Positions 53,409 through 64,000 of a stretch of 64,000 nt of DNA are shown one piece after another. Source of the DNA: Thecamonas trahens ATCC 50062 (Eukaryota > Protista > Apusomonadida); NCBI RefSeq assembly GCF_000142905.1, contig NW_013657648.1, positions 264,922 through 328,921 of the forward strand, in the 5' to 3' direction. The position numbers and the translations under genes are program-made. The first letter of the stretch is position 1. Each line of letters begins with the position of its first letter. The notes below the pieces were generated by a model. That model worked only from the letters and a program-made list of their open reading frames with translations, searched no databases and was not told the DNA's origin.

Positions 53409-56400
53409 CTACAGTCGTCTGCGGGTGCGCTCGTTCTCGGGACAGCCCGAGACCATGAGATGCTGGACCCAGCCCTCTTCGCCCGGGGGGATGTCGTCGT
53501 GGCAGAGCGGACAGCGCGAGAAGCGCTTGGGATCCTTGGCGACGAGGCACTCGCGGGCGGCAACATGCGATGGATAGTCGGTGTTGTGGACCGGCTCCTT
53601 GCACCGCGGGCAGACCTTATACGAGCCGCGGCGTTCGCACTCTTCGAGCAGATGCTCGTGGAGCGAGGCAACCTCGACGGTCTCGTGGCAGGCCGGGCAG
53701 GCGGTGAGGACGGGACATGACTCAAAGTAGTGCTCGTCAAGCTTTCGCTTGGTGAACGTGGGGTTCTTCTCGCCGCAGAAGATGCAAGTCTGGTCGATGT
53801 TCCAGTCGTTGGAGTAGACCTCCTGATTGACCTCGCGGGCCGGCGTCGCCACTTGGCGCTCGGGCGTGATGTTGATGGAAGGACCCTCATCGAACGAGGT
53901 TCGCCGCGGGCGGCGCAGCCCATCGGCGTCGACCCGGTCGCGCGGCGGCGTGGTGCTGGCTGGTGGCGGGCCAGAGGCCGGGCCGGCACCCGGCGCCGGC
54001 GGTGACATCCCTGGGTTGACATTGATGTTGATGTTGATGTCCTTGGTTCCCGACCGCCCGTGCGAGTGCCCGCGCCGACCCTTACCCGGCGAGATGCGGA
54101 CCGAATGCGCGTGAGGGTTGTCCGCGTCCGGCACCACGTCCACCTCAATGGAGTCCTCTGAGTAGTACTCGTACTCGTCGTCGTCGACCGGAGGCGGCAG
54201 CTGCGAAGTGAGCCCGCGCCCGCGGCCTCGGCCTCGGCCTCGCCCGCGTCCACGACCTGCGCCACCGCGTCCACGCCCGCGTCCACGCCCGCGCCCACGC
54301 CCGCGCCCACGCCCACGTCCGCGCCCGCGCTCTGCACCTCGTCCGCGCCCGCGTCCACGTCCGCGTCCGCGTCCGCGCCCTGCGCCGCCCTGGCTGGCTG
54401 CAACTTGCGTGCCCGCCGGCAGTGCCGCGCGAATCTCCTTGAGCAGATGTGGTGAGATGCGCTTGTCGAGCGCGTCCTCCACCGCGCTGGAGTACTGCGG
54501 GTACAGCGCGCAGAGAAGGTTGACGGCGGCTGTGCGAACTTCCTTGGACGCGTTACTAAACGCGTGAGTGTGGCAAAAGTCGAGCGCGTCGTGAACGTCG
54601 ACGGTGGTGGCATCGAGACCAAAGGCGGTGACGAGTGCGGTGAGAATGCGGAGACGGGCGAGGATGATACGGAACTGAGCACCTGGCTTGACCTGCTTGA
54701 GAATGCGGACGCCGATAGGCTCGGCGCCGACGACACGCATGTACGACATGGCGTCAAGCGCCTCTAGGGCCGAGTCAGCAACACGAGCTTGGGCGTTAGC
54801 CGACTTGGCGAGGAGGGTGGTAATAAAGGCGTTGACGGCGGTAGTGAGCTGCGAGTCAGGGACGGCGTCGGCAAAGGCGTTGAGGACCTGCGGCATGGCC
54901 TCCATGGCGGCGGCAAAGACAGAGGCGATGCGATCTTCGAGGCCGACAACAAGAACCTCGGTGAGCGCCGAGAGGAGCGACGCTGGCGAGGCGGTGTTGT
55001 CAAAGTCGCCGCGAATGGCGGCGGTGGTAATGCGCTCGAGAGCAGCCTTGCGGAGCTGCCACTTTTTTGAGTACAGCATGCAGAGCGTGCCCTCACCAAA
55101 CAGTTCGATAAGGTGCCCCACCTGCTGGGCCTTGGCCTTGGACAGTGGCTCTGCGTCAGACGAGCCGGCGTCCATGGCCTGCATGGTGGCCTCAAAGCCG
55201 CCGCCGCTGCCGCCCGGCTTGATCGCGCGAGAGGCGCGCGAGTCGTCCGACCCTCGAGACATTGCGCGCTGAGGCGGCTCGGCCGGTGGGGCGCGCTTGG
55301 CCGGCGGCGCACGCTTGGCCGGCGGCGGGGCGTCAGCGACTTGGTCTTGTTCGGCTCGCTCAAAATGGGCCGGAGCTTGTGCCGCGCCGCGAGCCGGGCG
55401 GATCGGCCGCTCGGATGGGTCGCCGCTTGCAGGCGGGGCAGTCCGCGTCGGCGGCGGAACCGAGTCCTCGTTGAGCTCACTCATTTCGACAACCATGAAT
55501 CCCCCTTGCGGAGCAGCGTGGCTCTCTGGCGGCGAGCCGGCCGAGTACTCGGAGTCTTGCGGTGGCGAGGCCGGCTGCTGGTGCGACTGCTGGCGCGGCT
55601 GCTGGCGCGACTGCTGCTGACGCGACTGCTGCTGACGCGGCTGCTGGCGCGACTGCTGGCGCGGCTGCTGCTGGTGATGCTGCTGGCGCGGCGGTGGTGC
55701 CGGCTCAGGGTTGGCGGGCAGAGGGCGTGCGCCATGGGCCAGTGGCGGCGGTGGTGGGCCAGCTGACGACGACGCCGATGGGTTGTGGTCGTTGAGGAAC
55801 ATGGCGTCCGAGTGCGGGAGCGAGGCCTCGGACGGAACGTTCCGCGGAGTGGCGAGTGCGGACGACGGACGGGCCATGACCGAGCCAAAGGCCTGCTGGC
55901 GGAGGCGGTCGATCTCTACCTTGATTCGTTTGGCCTCGTCGTAGGCCTCGCGGTCGACAGCAGCAAGCTTACGGGCCTCAAGGGCGGCGAGCTCGACACC
56001 GACCTCCTTCAGAAACTCAATCTGCTGCTTGATCTGCTGGCACGCATCGTAGTTTTCAGCCCGCTGAGCGTCAGCCTTGGCGGCCTCGAGCTTGCGGAGC
56101 ATGCGGGCAGTGGCGACGTCGAACGAGAGGTCAAAGGAGAGGTCGTCCATGGGATCGACGTTGGAGGCCTTGTTGATGAGGCCCCACACCGCCGGATTGT
56201 CGTGGAGCATGGCGCCTGAGACGGGGCCCGGCGGAGCGTCAGCTGCGACGAGGCCGAGGCGCGCGGCGGCGGCGTCGACCTGGGCGGCCTGCACGACGTC
56301 GCCGAGGACGTTGATGGCGATGAGACCGACCTGGTTGTACAGATTGTACTTGTTGATGTGGCACTTGTGGACAACAAGCTTGACAAACTCGCCGATGGCG

Positions 56401-56756
56401 TCGATGTGGACCGACTTGAGCTCTCGGGCCTTGTACTCGGTCCTACGGTTCGAGTCGAGCGACATGTAGCCCAGGCGCTGGTACTGGATGCTCTCGAGGG
56501 CCCGCGGCTTGGACGGCGGCAGGTTGCCGACAAACAGCTCAATCTTCGTCGCCACAAGGTACTGGTGCGAGTAGAACTGCAGCTTGCGGATGCGAGCGGG
56601 TGCGTCAAAGGCGAGCACAATCTCCAGCGGGTAGTCACAGAACCGCGGCGAGCGCCAGCCCTTGGTGTGCGGCGTGTGCCGCTCGAGTTCGACCACAGGA
56701 TGCTCGTCGTCCTCGCCGGAGCATGCCACGACAGTGAATTTGAGCTTGCTCGGCAT
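53409..56756 (-). CDS. CEP104: Centrosomal/ciliary-tip protein CEP104 (FAP256)
   Basis: GWRSPRFCDYP...SHQYLVATKIE...KARELKSV...NLYNQV jelly-roll; coiled coil; TOG domain (YSKKWQLRK); four C-terminal Zn fingers (CIFC...HY, CPAC, CPRC, RCPLCH...WVQHL). Confidence 0.95.
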   Translation of the reverse strand: MPSKLKFTVVACSGEDDEHPVVELERHTPHTKGWRSPRFCDYPLEIVLAFDAPARIRKLQFYSHQYLVATKIELFVGNLPPSKPRALESIQYQRLGYMSLDSNRRTEYKARELKSVHIDAIGEFVKLVVHKCHINKYNLYNQVGLIAINVLGDVVQAAQVDAAAARLGLVAADAPPGPVSGAMLHDNPAVWGLINKASNVDPMDDLSFDLSFDVATARMLRKLEAAKADAQRAENYDACQQIKQQIEFLKEVGVELAALEARKLAAVDREAYDEAKRIKVEIDRLRQQAFGSVMARPSSALATPRNVPSEASLPHSDAMFLNDHNPSASSSAGPPPPPLAHGARPLPANPEPAPPPRQQHHQQQPRQQSRQQPRQQQSRQQQSRQQPRQQSHQQPASPPQDSEYSAGSPPESHAAPQGGFMVVEMSELNEDSVPPPTRTAPPASGDPSERPIRPARGAAQAPAHFERAEQDQVADAPPPAKRAPPAKRAPPAEPPQRAMSRGSDDSRASRAIKPGGSGGGFEATMQAMDAGSSDAEPLSKAKAQQVGHLIELFGEGTLCMLYSKKWQLRKAALERITTAAIRGDFDNTASPASLLSALTEVLVVGLEDRIASVFAAAMEAMPQVLNAFADAVPDSQLTTAVNAFITTLLAKSANAQARVADSALEALDAMSYMRVVGAEPIGVRILKQVKPGAQFRIILARLRILTALVTAFGLDATTVDVHDALDFCHTHAFSNASKEVRTAAVNLLCALYPQYSSAVEDALDKRISPHLLKEIRAALPAGTQVAASQGGAGRGRGRGRGRGRGRGAERGRGRGRGRGRGRGRGRGRGRGGAGRGRGRGRGRGRGRGLTSQLPPPVDDDEYEYYSEDSIEVDVVPDADNPHAHSVRISPGKGRRGHSHGRSGTKDINININVNPGMSPPAPGAGPASGPPPASTTPPRDRVDADGLRRPRRTSFDEGPSINITPERQVATPAREVNQEVYSNDWNIDQTCIFCGEKNPTFTKRKLDEHYFESCPVLTACPACHETVEVASLHEHLLEECERRGSYKVCPRCKEPVHNTDYPSHVAARECLVAKDPKRFSRCPLCHDDIPPGEEGWVQHLMVSGCPENERTRRRL

Positions 56757-57194
56757 GGCAAGGCTGCCCTGTGCGGGTTGCGGGTGAAGGGGGGGGGGGG
56801 GGAGGAGGTGAGTGGCGTGACAAAGGCGCGGCGGGCGGTGGGTGGTGGTTGCCTGCTAAAACGCGCGCCAATGGCGGCCAACTTTGAATGTTCATTCATT
56901 CACCAGCCATTCACAGGCTCTGGCTGGCGCGTACCGTGTCCAGGAGTGGGGGGGGGGGAAGGAGGGCAAAGGAGGGAGGGGGGGAGAGGGAGGGAGGGGG
57001 GAGTGAAAGAAAAGGTCGATGTGGGGGGGGGGGAGCCAAAGTGGGGTGAGGTGGAGATGGGAGAGAGGGTGTGGGAGAGGAGAGGTCCGACGACCGGGGG
57101 GAGGAAGCCTGAAGGTGGCGGGACGAAGCAGTGAGCTGAGTCGCGTGCGCGCTGGTGGCCGAGTGTGAGCTTGGGGCATGGTAGCCTGCAACGA

Positions 57195-59765
57195 TTAATT
57201 GAGGCTGTGAACAGAGTGTGGGACGGTGATGGGGAGTGGCGTAGGCGCAACGGGTGCTGCGGCGGATGCGGTAAGTGTGAGGGCTCCCGGGAGGGTTGCC
57301 AAGGGCTCGGCCGAGGTGTCCGAGGTGTCGGTGGACGACGGGTAGCGCGGCGAGATCCGCGGCGAGATGGAGCGCGGCGAGATGGAGTGTGGCGAGTGGA
57401 GGTGGAGATCGACGTCGTGGAGCGAGTCAAAGAGCGAGCCAGGGACTGGGCGCGGTAGCGAGAGATCGTTGGCCGAGGAGCGCGGGGCGATTGAGTCTAG
57501 CTCGGCTTCAAGCTTGATGGCGGAGGGGTTGACGTAGGCACCGGCAAAGTCTGCGGCAAGAGCATGGGTGTCAAGGCCCGAGTGGACGTCGCGTGGGAGA
57601 TTGTCGTCGACGACGAAAACGGAAAGTGGATGCGGGCGTAAGTGAGGGCGAGGATGGTGGGCAGAACGATGCAGGTGACGACGGCCTGGGCGGCTGAGCC
57701 GCGGGCGAGGACAAAGCCCATCGAGGCGAGCGAGAAGATGACGAGCGAGGCGTAGATAAAGACCATGCAGTGCGGGATCATGGAGCCTCCCGACTCATAC
57801 TTTTCGGGTGAACAAAGAGGAGGTTGTAGCGGTCGGCAAAGTGCTTGCACACAAAGTACATGAGAGCGGTGGGGACGATGAGCGGGGCGATGGTGGCGTA
57901 GGTAAGGGCAACGGTGAAGATGGAGATGCCGTCGACCCACTCGACGTAGTACTCAAACGCCTCCGGCTCGCCGAGCAGCGAGGCTAGCGCGTCGGATGGG
58001 AGTGAGGCGTACTTGCCGGACGTCTTCCACAGGTAGAGCAGGATAGGGCCGGTACGGAAGAAGCGGGCGACAGTGACGACTAAGGTGACGATGATAACGT
58101 AGGACATAAAGAACGACGACGAGTTGCCGAGCGAGGCCGCGAGGCGGCGGAGCACGTCCTTGGACGTCATGTCATGGAGCTGCGAGGCAGCCGACGAGGT
58201 CGAGGTGACAAGCATTGGCAGGACGAGAGTGTTGGCGATGAGGAACCAAAAGTACTTTTTGAGTACCGCACGCTCCATCGTCGACTTGAAGTGGAACCGC
58301 TCCGGGACGGCGAGCGCCATGAGGATGTAGGGGAGGCCAACTCGGAAGCCAATAAGCAGCAGCGACGGGATGAGGTAGGCAAAGACCATGTGGGCGCCGG
58401 GCTTGTCGCCGAGCGAGGAAAAGGCCGACGAGTGCTCGATGACCACGTTGAGCGAGAGAAGGAGGCCGACCGGAATCTGCCAGAAGAGCATGAGCGCGAT
58501 GAGGATGGCATAGTTGGCGGCCTGGCGGAGCTTTTTCGACGACCACGAGACCGAGAGGTTATCCCAGATGATGTCCTGCGGATCAGGGGCCATGCGGATG
58601 GCGACCGAGCCGTGCTCAAGGGCGGCGACGATGGAAGCCTCGTCGGGCGAGAGGTTCTCGCGGGCGAGTGTGGCGGCAAAGCGTTCGTTGGTGGCGCGCC
58701 ACGCCTGGCGCGGTGTGGCAAAGGTGGCAAAGCCGACGCCAGTTCCGCACGCAGTGTGCGAGAGCAGGGTGGCGCGGAGCTCTACAGCCGCGTCTGACGC
58801 AGCGTCTTCAAAGTGCGACCCAGCGTCGACGCGGACGCAGCAGCAGCCACGGCAGATGCAGCGGGAGATAGTGCGGGGCGGCGGCGCGGCCGAGTGCGCC
58901 AGCAGTGGCGCGTGCTCCAAGGCGGCGGCGTCGTTGTCACGGTTGTCGCGGCTGTCGCCTGATGCCGAGTCGAGGAGGGCATGGGTGAGACGAAGGCCGG
59001 CGCGGGCGGCGTCGAGGCGGCGGTAGGCCGAGGCGGCGGCGTACCAGTCGATGGCGACCCAAGCGTGGAGGGTGTCAAGCGAGCGAAAGTGTGCTGCGAG
59101 GGCGGTGGCGAGGGCGGCAGGGTCAACGACCGAGGTGGGGAGGCCCAACATGTAGACCGACTGGTTCTGGACGACTTTGCGGGCGAGGTGATGGCGGCGG
59201 GCGTCGAGATACATGTCGCCGATGCGGAAGAGGAGGGCGGCGGTGGCGGCAGCGGTGAGGCAGGTGACGGCGACCATGGGCCAGAGGCGCGGCGAGGCGA
59301 TGGCAATATGGACGGCGGTGGTGTACTGGAAGAGGCAGTCGTGCAACGTCTCGCGGCCGGCCCAAAAGTGATGGGCAGGAGGAGGCCGACGGTCACGACG
59401 GAGAGCAGGCCGAGGAACCACATGAGGTACGCCTGGGTCCGCAGGTACAGCGCCGCGTCGAGGCCGCACAACTCTTCAAACTCGGTGAACGAGCTCGACC
59501 ACGCTTGCGTCGCCCACGACCGGTACGCCGTCGGACGGCGGTTGTGCGGCTTGAAGAAGTACACGTGCGGGAAGCGCCGCCGGAGGACGACCAGCCACAG
59601 CACGAGCCCTGCCGCGAACATGGCGCCCGCCGCCGAGATCACCAGCACCATGCCCGAGGCGTCGGTGGAGAAGCACGGGACCTGTGTCGGTTGCACAAAC
59701 GCCGCGGGTGCTGGCGGCGCCGGTGGTGCCGGCGGAGCCGAGCCCCCGAGAGCCTGCCACGGCAT
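57195..59765 (-). CDS. OSCA/TMEM63 (CSC1-like) mechanosensitive channel, interrupted by three 1-nt frameshifts
   Basis: CGLDAALYLR, GVGFATF, APDPQDIIWDNL, FFMSYVI, YATIAPLIVP, DRYNLLFV, YESGG, AYVNP are spread over three frames with shifts at ~59368, ~57803 and ~57620. Confidence 0.85.
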
Positions 59766-59837
59766 AGTGTGGGGTGTAGAGTGAGTGGGGTGTGGGAGGG
59801 GGGGGGGGCAAGGGGGGGGGGGGGGGAGGCGGTGACA

Positions 59838-61220
59838 ATGGCGCGACAACACGCGACTCGGACGTGGGAGCGGATGGCACGGCTGGAGCAGGCGGACGGG
59901 CAAGAGCGGCAGGTGGAGCTGGAAGCGGTGGTAGCAGCGCTGCCGAGCGGGCAGGCGGCATTTGCATATGGGTCAGGCGCGTTCCGGCAGCGCGGCTATG
60001 CAGCCGACGAGCAGCCGATGCTGGACGTGGTGATGGTGGTGGACGATGCAGTGGCATGGCATGCCGAGGCGCTGGCCGATCCGCAGCTGGCGATGCACTA
60101 CGGCGGCGTGCGCGCGCTGGGTCCGCGCGCACTGGCCGCCGTCCAACGCTGGGGCATGGGTGTGTACTACAACCCGTACGTCGAGCTTGCTGGCCGCAAG
60201 GTCAAGTATGGCGTCGTCGAAGCCGCTGCCCTTGTGGACGACCTCACCTCGTGGTCACACCTTTACCTTGCTGGTCGGCTGCACAAGCCCGTAGCATGGA
60301 TCGGCGTCGAGCCGCTACCGATCGAGCTCACTGCTGCAGTCGACGCCAATGTCGACGCCGCGCTGCGTGCGAGCTGGATCATGCTCGGCGCTGCACCTGC
60401 GAGCGACTCGCTCCCCGCCACGCGGATCTACGAGGCCATTGCCTCGCTCTCGTACATGGGCGATCCGCGGTTTGCGGTCGGCGCCGAGACTCCCTCCAAG
60501 GTCCCCAATATTGTCGCCGGCAACCGCGACGGCTTTGACGCCCTCTACGGTCCACGCCTTGATGCCTCGCCGCTGTTTGAGCGCTCAGCAGATGGAGGCT
60601 GGGAACTGGCACCGCAGCGCGAGCTTCCGCGACTCCCGTCTGCAGTCGCCCGTGCACTGCCTTCTGGTTCAGCCGGTCTCACTCCCGGCGGCCTGGCCTC
60701 CCCCGCCACGGCCGCCACCCTCGCCTCGGCCATCCGCGGAATCGTTGGCGGGTCCGCCGCCAAGGTTCAGATCGCCAAGGGTGTTGTCACCGCTGGCGTC
60801 TTTGGCTCGATCCGGTATGCGCTGGAGAAGCTGGCAAAAGGCGGCGGCGGTGAGTGCAATGCCACGCTCGGTCGACTATGCTCGCCTGGGTCCGTCATGT
60901 CATTGTTGCGGATGTTTCGGCCGTGCCTCTCGGCTCTGTACACGCGCGGTCGGGCGGGGCGAGTTCATCGGTTGCGCATTTCGCCACAGTCTAGTGGTCG
61001 CTACAGGCATGCTACGGACATAAACGTAAGGTCTCCATCATGGTCGCAGGATGCACTACATGGTGCTTGGGTTTCCAGGGCTAGATGTGGGCGAGAAGGT
61101 CAGGAAATGGCGAATAGCGGACTGCCCGACAAATTTGGTCGAGGCAACCTCAAACTTTGCCAGATCATAAATATATATAAACACAAATGCAAAAATATAT
61201 ATTTCAATATTTCAAACTAA
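59838..61220 (+). CDS. TAM41: Mitochondrial phosphatidate cytidylyltransferase Tam41 (Mmp37)
   Basis: AFAYGSGAFRQ, MLD, GVYYNPYV, KYGVV, LYLAGRLHKPV, LSYMGDPRF, KVPNIV, QIAKGVVTAG...YALEKLAK. Homology ends at ~60840, so the real 3' end is uncertain. Confidence 0.9.
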   Translation: MARQHATRTWERMARLEQADGQERQVELEAVVAALPSGQAAFAYGSGAFRQRGYAADEQPMLDVVMVVDDAVAWHAEALADPQLAMHYGGVRALGPRALAAVQRWGMGVYYNPYVELAGRKVKYGVVEAAALVDDLTSWSHLYLAGRLHKPVAWIGVEPLPIELTAAVDANVDAALRASWIMLGAAPASDSLPATRIYEAIASLSYMGDPRFAVGAETPSKVPNIVAGNRDGFDALYGPRLDASPLFERSADGGWELAPQRELPRLPSAVARALPSGSAGLTPGGLASPATAATLASAIRGIVGGSAAKVQIAKGVVTAGVFGSIRYALEKLAKGGGGECNATLGRLCSPGSVMSLLRMFRPCLSALYTRGRAGRVHRLRISPQSSGRYRHATDINVRSPSWSQDALHGAWVSRARCGREGQEMANSGLPDKFGRGNLKLCQIINIYKHKCKNIYFNISN

Positions 61221-61489
61221 CAATATCAAAAATTGTGTTGTGATTGCCTGTCAAGTTATATAAAATGATTATTTTGGTAAATTTTGGTCACATTTTGCAG
61301 CTTTTTTTACTGTTTGTTACTTCCACGCTTGGCCGACAGTCGGCCCAAAGCCCCGACCCACTCAGTCAAGCCGACCGGCGCCACTGAACACACACATGGC
61401 TGCGCGCAACCCGGGGCCTCATCGCTCCAGCCATAACCCAACCAGACCCAGGCTCGTTCCTTTTATCATCAAGAGATACGTAAATCATG

Positions 61490-64000
61490 CTAAAGGTTGC
61501 CAGAGTTCCATGCCGACGAGACCACGCTGTCGTCGTCAGTGTCGCGCAGGCCCGACCTCGACCTTGATCGCGACCGCGAGACGCCCGAAGTGATGGACTT
61601 TGTGGATCCGGACCGGAAAGACCGCGACGACCGCGAAGGGACTGTGATTGTGGCCCCAGAGCGAACGCTCGGACGGACCTGAACCTTGAATTCGCTCCGG
61701 CGCCCGCTCAGCGTCCGTGACATGCTAAGTTTGCGAGCCCGTGGTGGAAGCGACGAGGTGGGGGCGGCCGACGCGGCAGCTGACAGCGTGGCCGATGGTG
61801 CCATGCTCACTGTGGATGATGCAAAAGCAATCGAGCCAACTGATGACGCGCTGTCGTACATGTCAATCTGGCTCGCTTCAAGCTCGTCTCGAGTCTCAGT
61901 TCCGCGAGTCCCTGTTCCACTCGAGACCGAGAGGGAGTTACGGCGCCGCCCGGCTGTCAGTCGCGCCGCCGCAATGCTCCGTCGCCGGTTGCGCTTGCCG
62001 CTGGCAGCCTTGAGCAGAGAGCGCTTGGCAGCGAGTGCCGCCTCCTCCATGCCACCTGGATCTGACGTCGATCGGTGGCGGACGAGCCCGCTGCTGACTG
62101 GTCGCGTCACGGTTAGGCCGTTGTCCGACATGGCGTCGCGGGCGATCGATCGCCGGCGGAGCGGGACAGAACTTATTGTCGAGTTGAGCTTATCAATCCG
62201 GCTCGTGAGCGAGCGCTTCCTGCTCGTGGCGTTGCTGGTGGCGGGGCGGATCTTAGGCGGGTCCGCCTCTGACAAAGAAGCTTGGAGCATGAGCTCGGCG
62301 AGTGCGGGCTCGTTGGCATCGGGACTCGGCTTGGCCATAATAATTGTCGGCTGTACGGGCATGGCGCGACGGATAATGACCACTCCGTCGCCATCGCCAC
62401 CATTACTCTCGAGCGAGTCGGCTGGTTCGATCGAGCACGATGCCGCCAGTCGATCTTCAACAAGCTTCATCGCTGCCCGCGACATCAGCACGCCATCGAC
62501 GAGATGGGACTCGACAAAAGTGCGCGCGTGACGTGCGTCGAGCGCCACCGCGGCGCGGCCGTGGCAGTCGAGCACGCTCTCTACCGCCCGCACCACCTCG
62601 TCGAGCTGCCACGTCTTGTACGTCGAGACCTCGTGCCACGTGTCGATGCACACCCCACCAACAGGAATGGTGGTCGCCGCACTCCCCGCCACCGCCACAA
62701 ACAGAGCCGGTCCGCTCGGCCGTAATGGGCTGGTGGCCGCAGCAACTGCATGCCGGCGGCGAGCCCGGATGGCCACACCTGCCACCAGGCAGAGCAAGAA
62801 AAAGAGACCGACCATGGCACTTGCAACCAGGATCATCGGAAGAGCAGGACTCGGCGCCGCGTCGACCGCTATCGCTTCCCCACATGGCCCGCCGCCGCAC
62901 ACACCGCACGCGTTGAGCTCGAGGCCCGAGCTAGGATGCCCGTCGCAGCCGAGGCAGCTCCGTGAGTCGCCAAAGCACACGCCACAGACGTCGACGGTGT
63001 AGTTTTGGCCAAAGCATACGCCGCAGCGATCTTTGCCCTGTCCGCCACCAAAGCACACCCCGCAGGCGTCGACGTCCGCGTTGCCTCCGCCGCACACGCC
63101 GCATGTGTCCTGTAGAGAGTTGTTGCCAAAGCATATGCCGCACTCGTCGCGATGGAGATCGGCAAACGCCAGACTATCGGCCGCCGACCAGCACACCCCG
63201 CAGCCGTCCGTCCTCGCATCGCCGCCGCACACCCCGAGGCAGTCGTACTGCATTCCGCCGGGTGCACACGTCGTGTTGCAACTTGTTGCACCGCCAGCGC
63301 ACACACCACATGCGTCAACAATCGCACCGCCGTTGCTCATCGGCAGTCCATTGCAGCCGATACACGTCCCGCCATCGCCGCCGCACACTCCGCACACGTC
63401 GAACACCAAGCCGCTATTCGGGACACCGTCACATCCGGCGCAGCTCCGCCCGTCGCCGAAGCACACCCGCACGCGTCCTTGGCTGCACCGCCACCAAAGC
63501 ATACCCCGCAGTCGTCCTTGTCTTCGTTCTGCCCGTCGCACACCCCGCAATCGTCCATCGTCGCGTTGGTAACGCGCCCGGTCTGGCCACCGACGCACAC
63601 ACCACACCTGTCGAGCCGGGCAAAACCGTTGCACATTCCGGCGCAGTCGCGCACGCCGGACTCACACGGACGGGCAGCAATCGGCGCGGGGGCGCGGGTG
63701 GTGGCGGTGGCGACGGTGGCGGTGGAAAAGGCGGCGGGTATGGTGGCGGAGGGGGTGGCGGGAATGGTGGCGGAGGCGACGGCGGAGGAGGAGGCGGTGG
63801 CGGAGATGGCGGCGGCGGTGGCGGAGATGGTGGTGGTGGCGGCGCAGGCGTGACCAGAGTGCCCACGCATGCCGTAGTTGTCGTTCCCGACACACCCTGG
63901 GCCAAGTGGGCAAAGAACTGTGGCGGGAGAGTAACGGTAAAGGCACGAATGTCGGCCACATGCCCATCAAACTCGCCGCCGATCACTGTGGCTGGGGCAA
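61490..64000 (-). CDS. Type I membrane protein with LamG-like fragment, poly-Pro stalk and many DxCGVC(F/G)G Cys-rich repeats (5' truncated; two frameshifts)
   Basis: IGGEFDGHVADIRAF, poly-Pro, ~15 CGVC-type repeats, TM ILVASAMVGLFFLLCLVAGVAI, long Ser/Arg-rich tail. Shifts at ~63688 and ~63468. Confidence 0.75.

Noticed and set aside
57195-59765. OSCA/TMEM63 gene as a pseudogene
   Set aside because: No in-frame stops, all family motifs are intact, and the same one-base-missing pattern affects other genes including uS15m, so sequencing error is more likely
60850-61220. Novel C-terminal extension on Tam41
   Set aside because: Homology ends at YALEKLAK; the extension starts at a GTGAGT donor-like site and runs into AT-rich non-coding-like DNA, so it is probably intron/UTR or an indel artefact
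156-63986. Many long antisense or alternative-frame ORFs (e.g. 2202..3293, 6265..7602, 43483..44973, 51541..52920, 53378..54757)
   Set aside because: Expected shadows of GC-rich coding sequence; they have no recognisable motifs and overlap well-supported genes

Overview
GC-rich, gene-dense, intron-poor eukaryotic (protist) genomic DNA. The gene content (CEP104, EF-hand/WD40 ciliary protein, two-component receiver, Abp1-like actin regulator, VPS10 receptor) fits a flagellated unicellular eukaryote; an apusomonad such as Thecamonas trahens is my unverified guess. About 29 protein-coding genes, five tRNA-Arg genes and two N-gaps can be supported. Most notable observation: all five tRNA-Arg genes (four identical ACG copies, three in a 163-164 bp tandem array, plus one unrelated TCG gene) replace the near-invariant G53:C61 T-stem/B-box pair with T53:A61. 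All five also share an ungapped 24-bp upstream motif at about -27 to -55 and a fixed-spacing motif behind the oligo-T terminator, suggesting an unusual Pol III gene cassette with external control elements. Other highlights: an ADF-H + LIM + 10x acidic-Trp + SH3 actin regulator whose start codon is formed by splicing, a kinase-ANK-split PH-pseudokinase-ARM protein, a CslA-like glycan synthase, a head-to-head pair of His-rich TLC-like membrane proteins, and eight same-direction frameshifts (probably sequencing undercalls). All calls are by-eye motif recognition; no searches were run.
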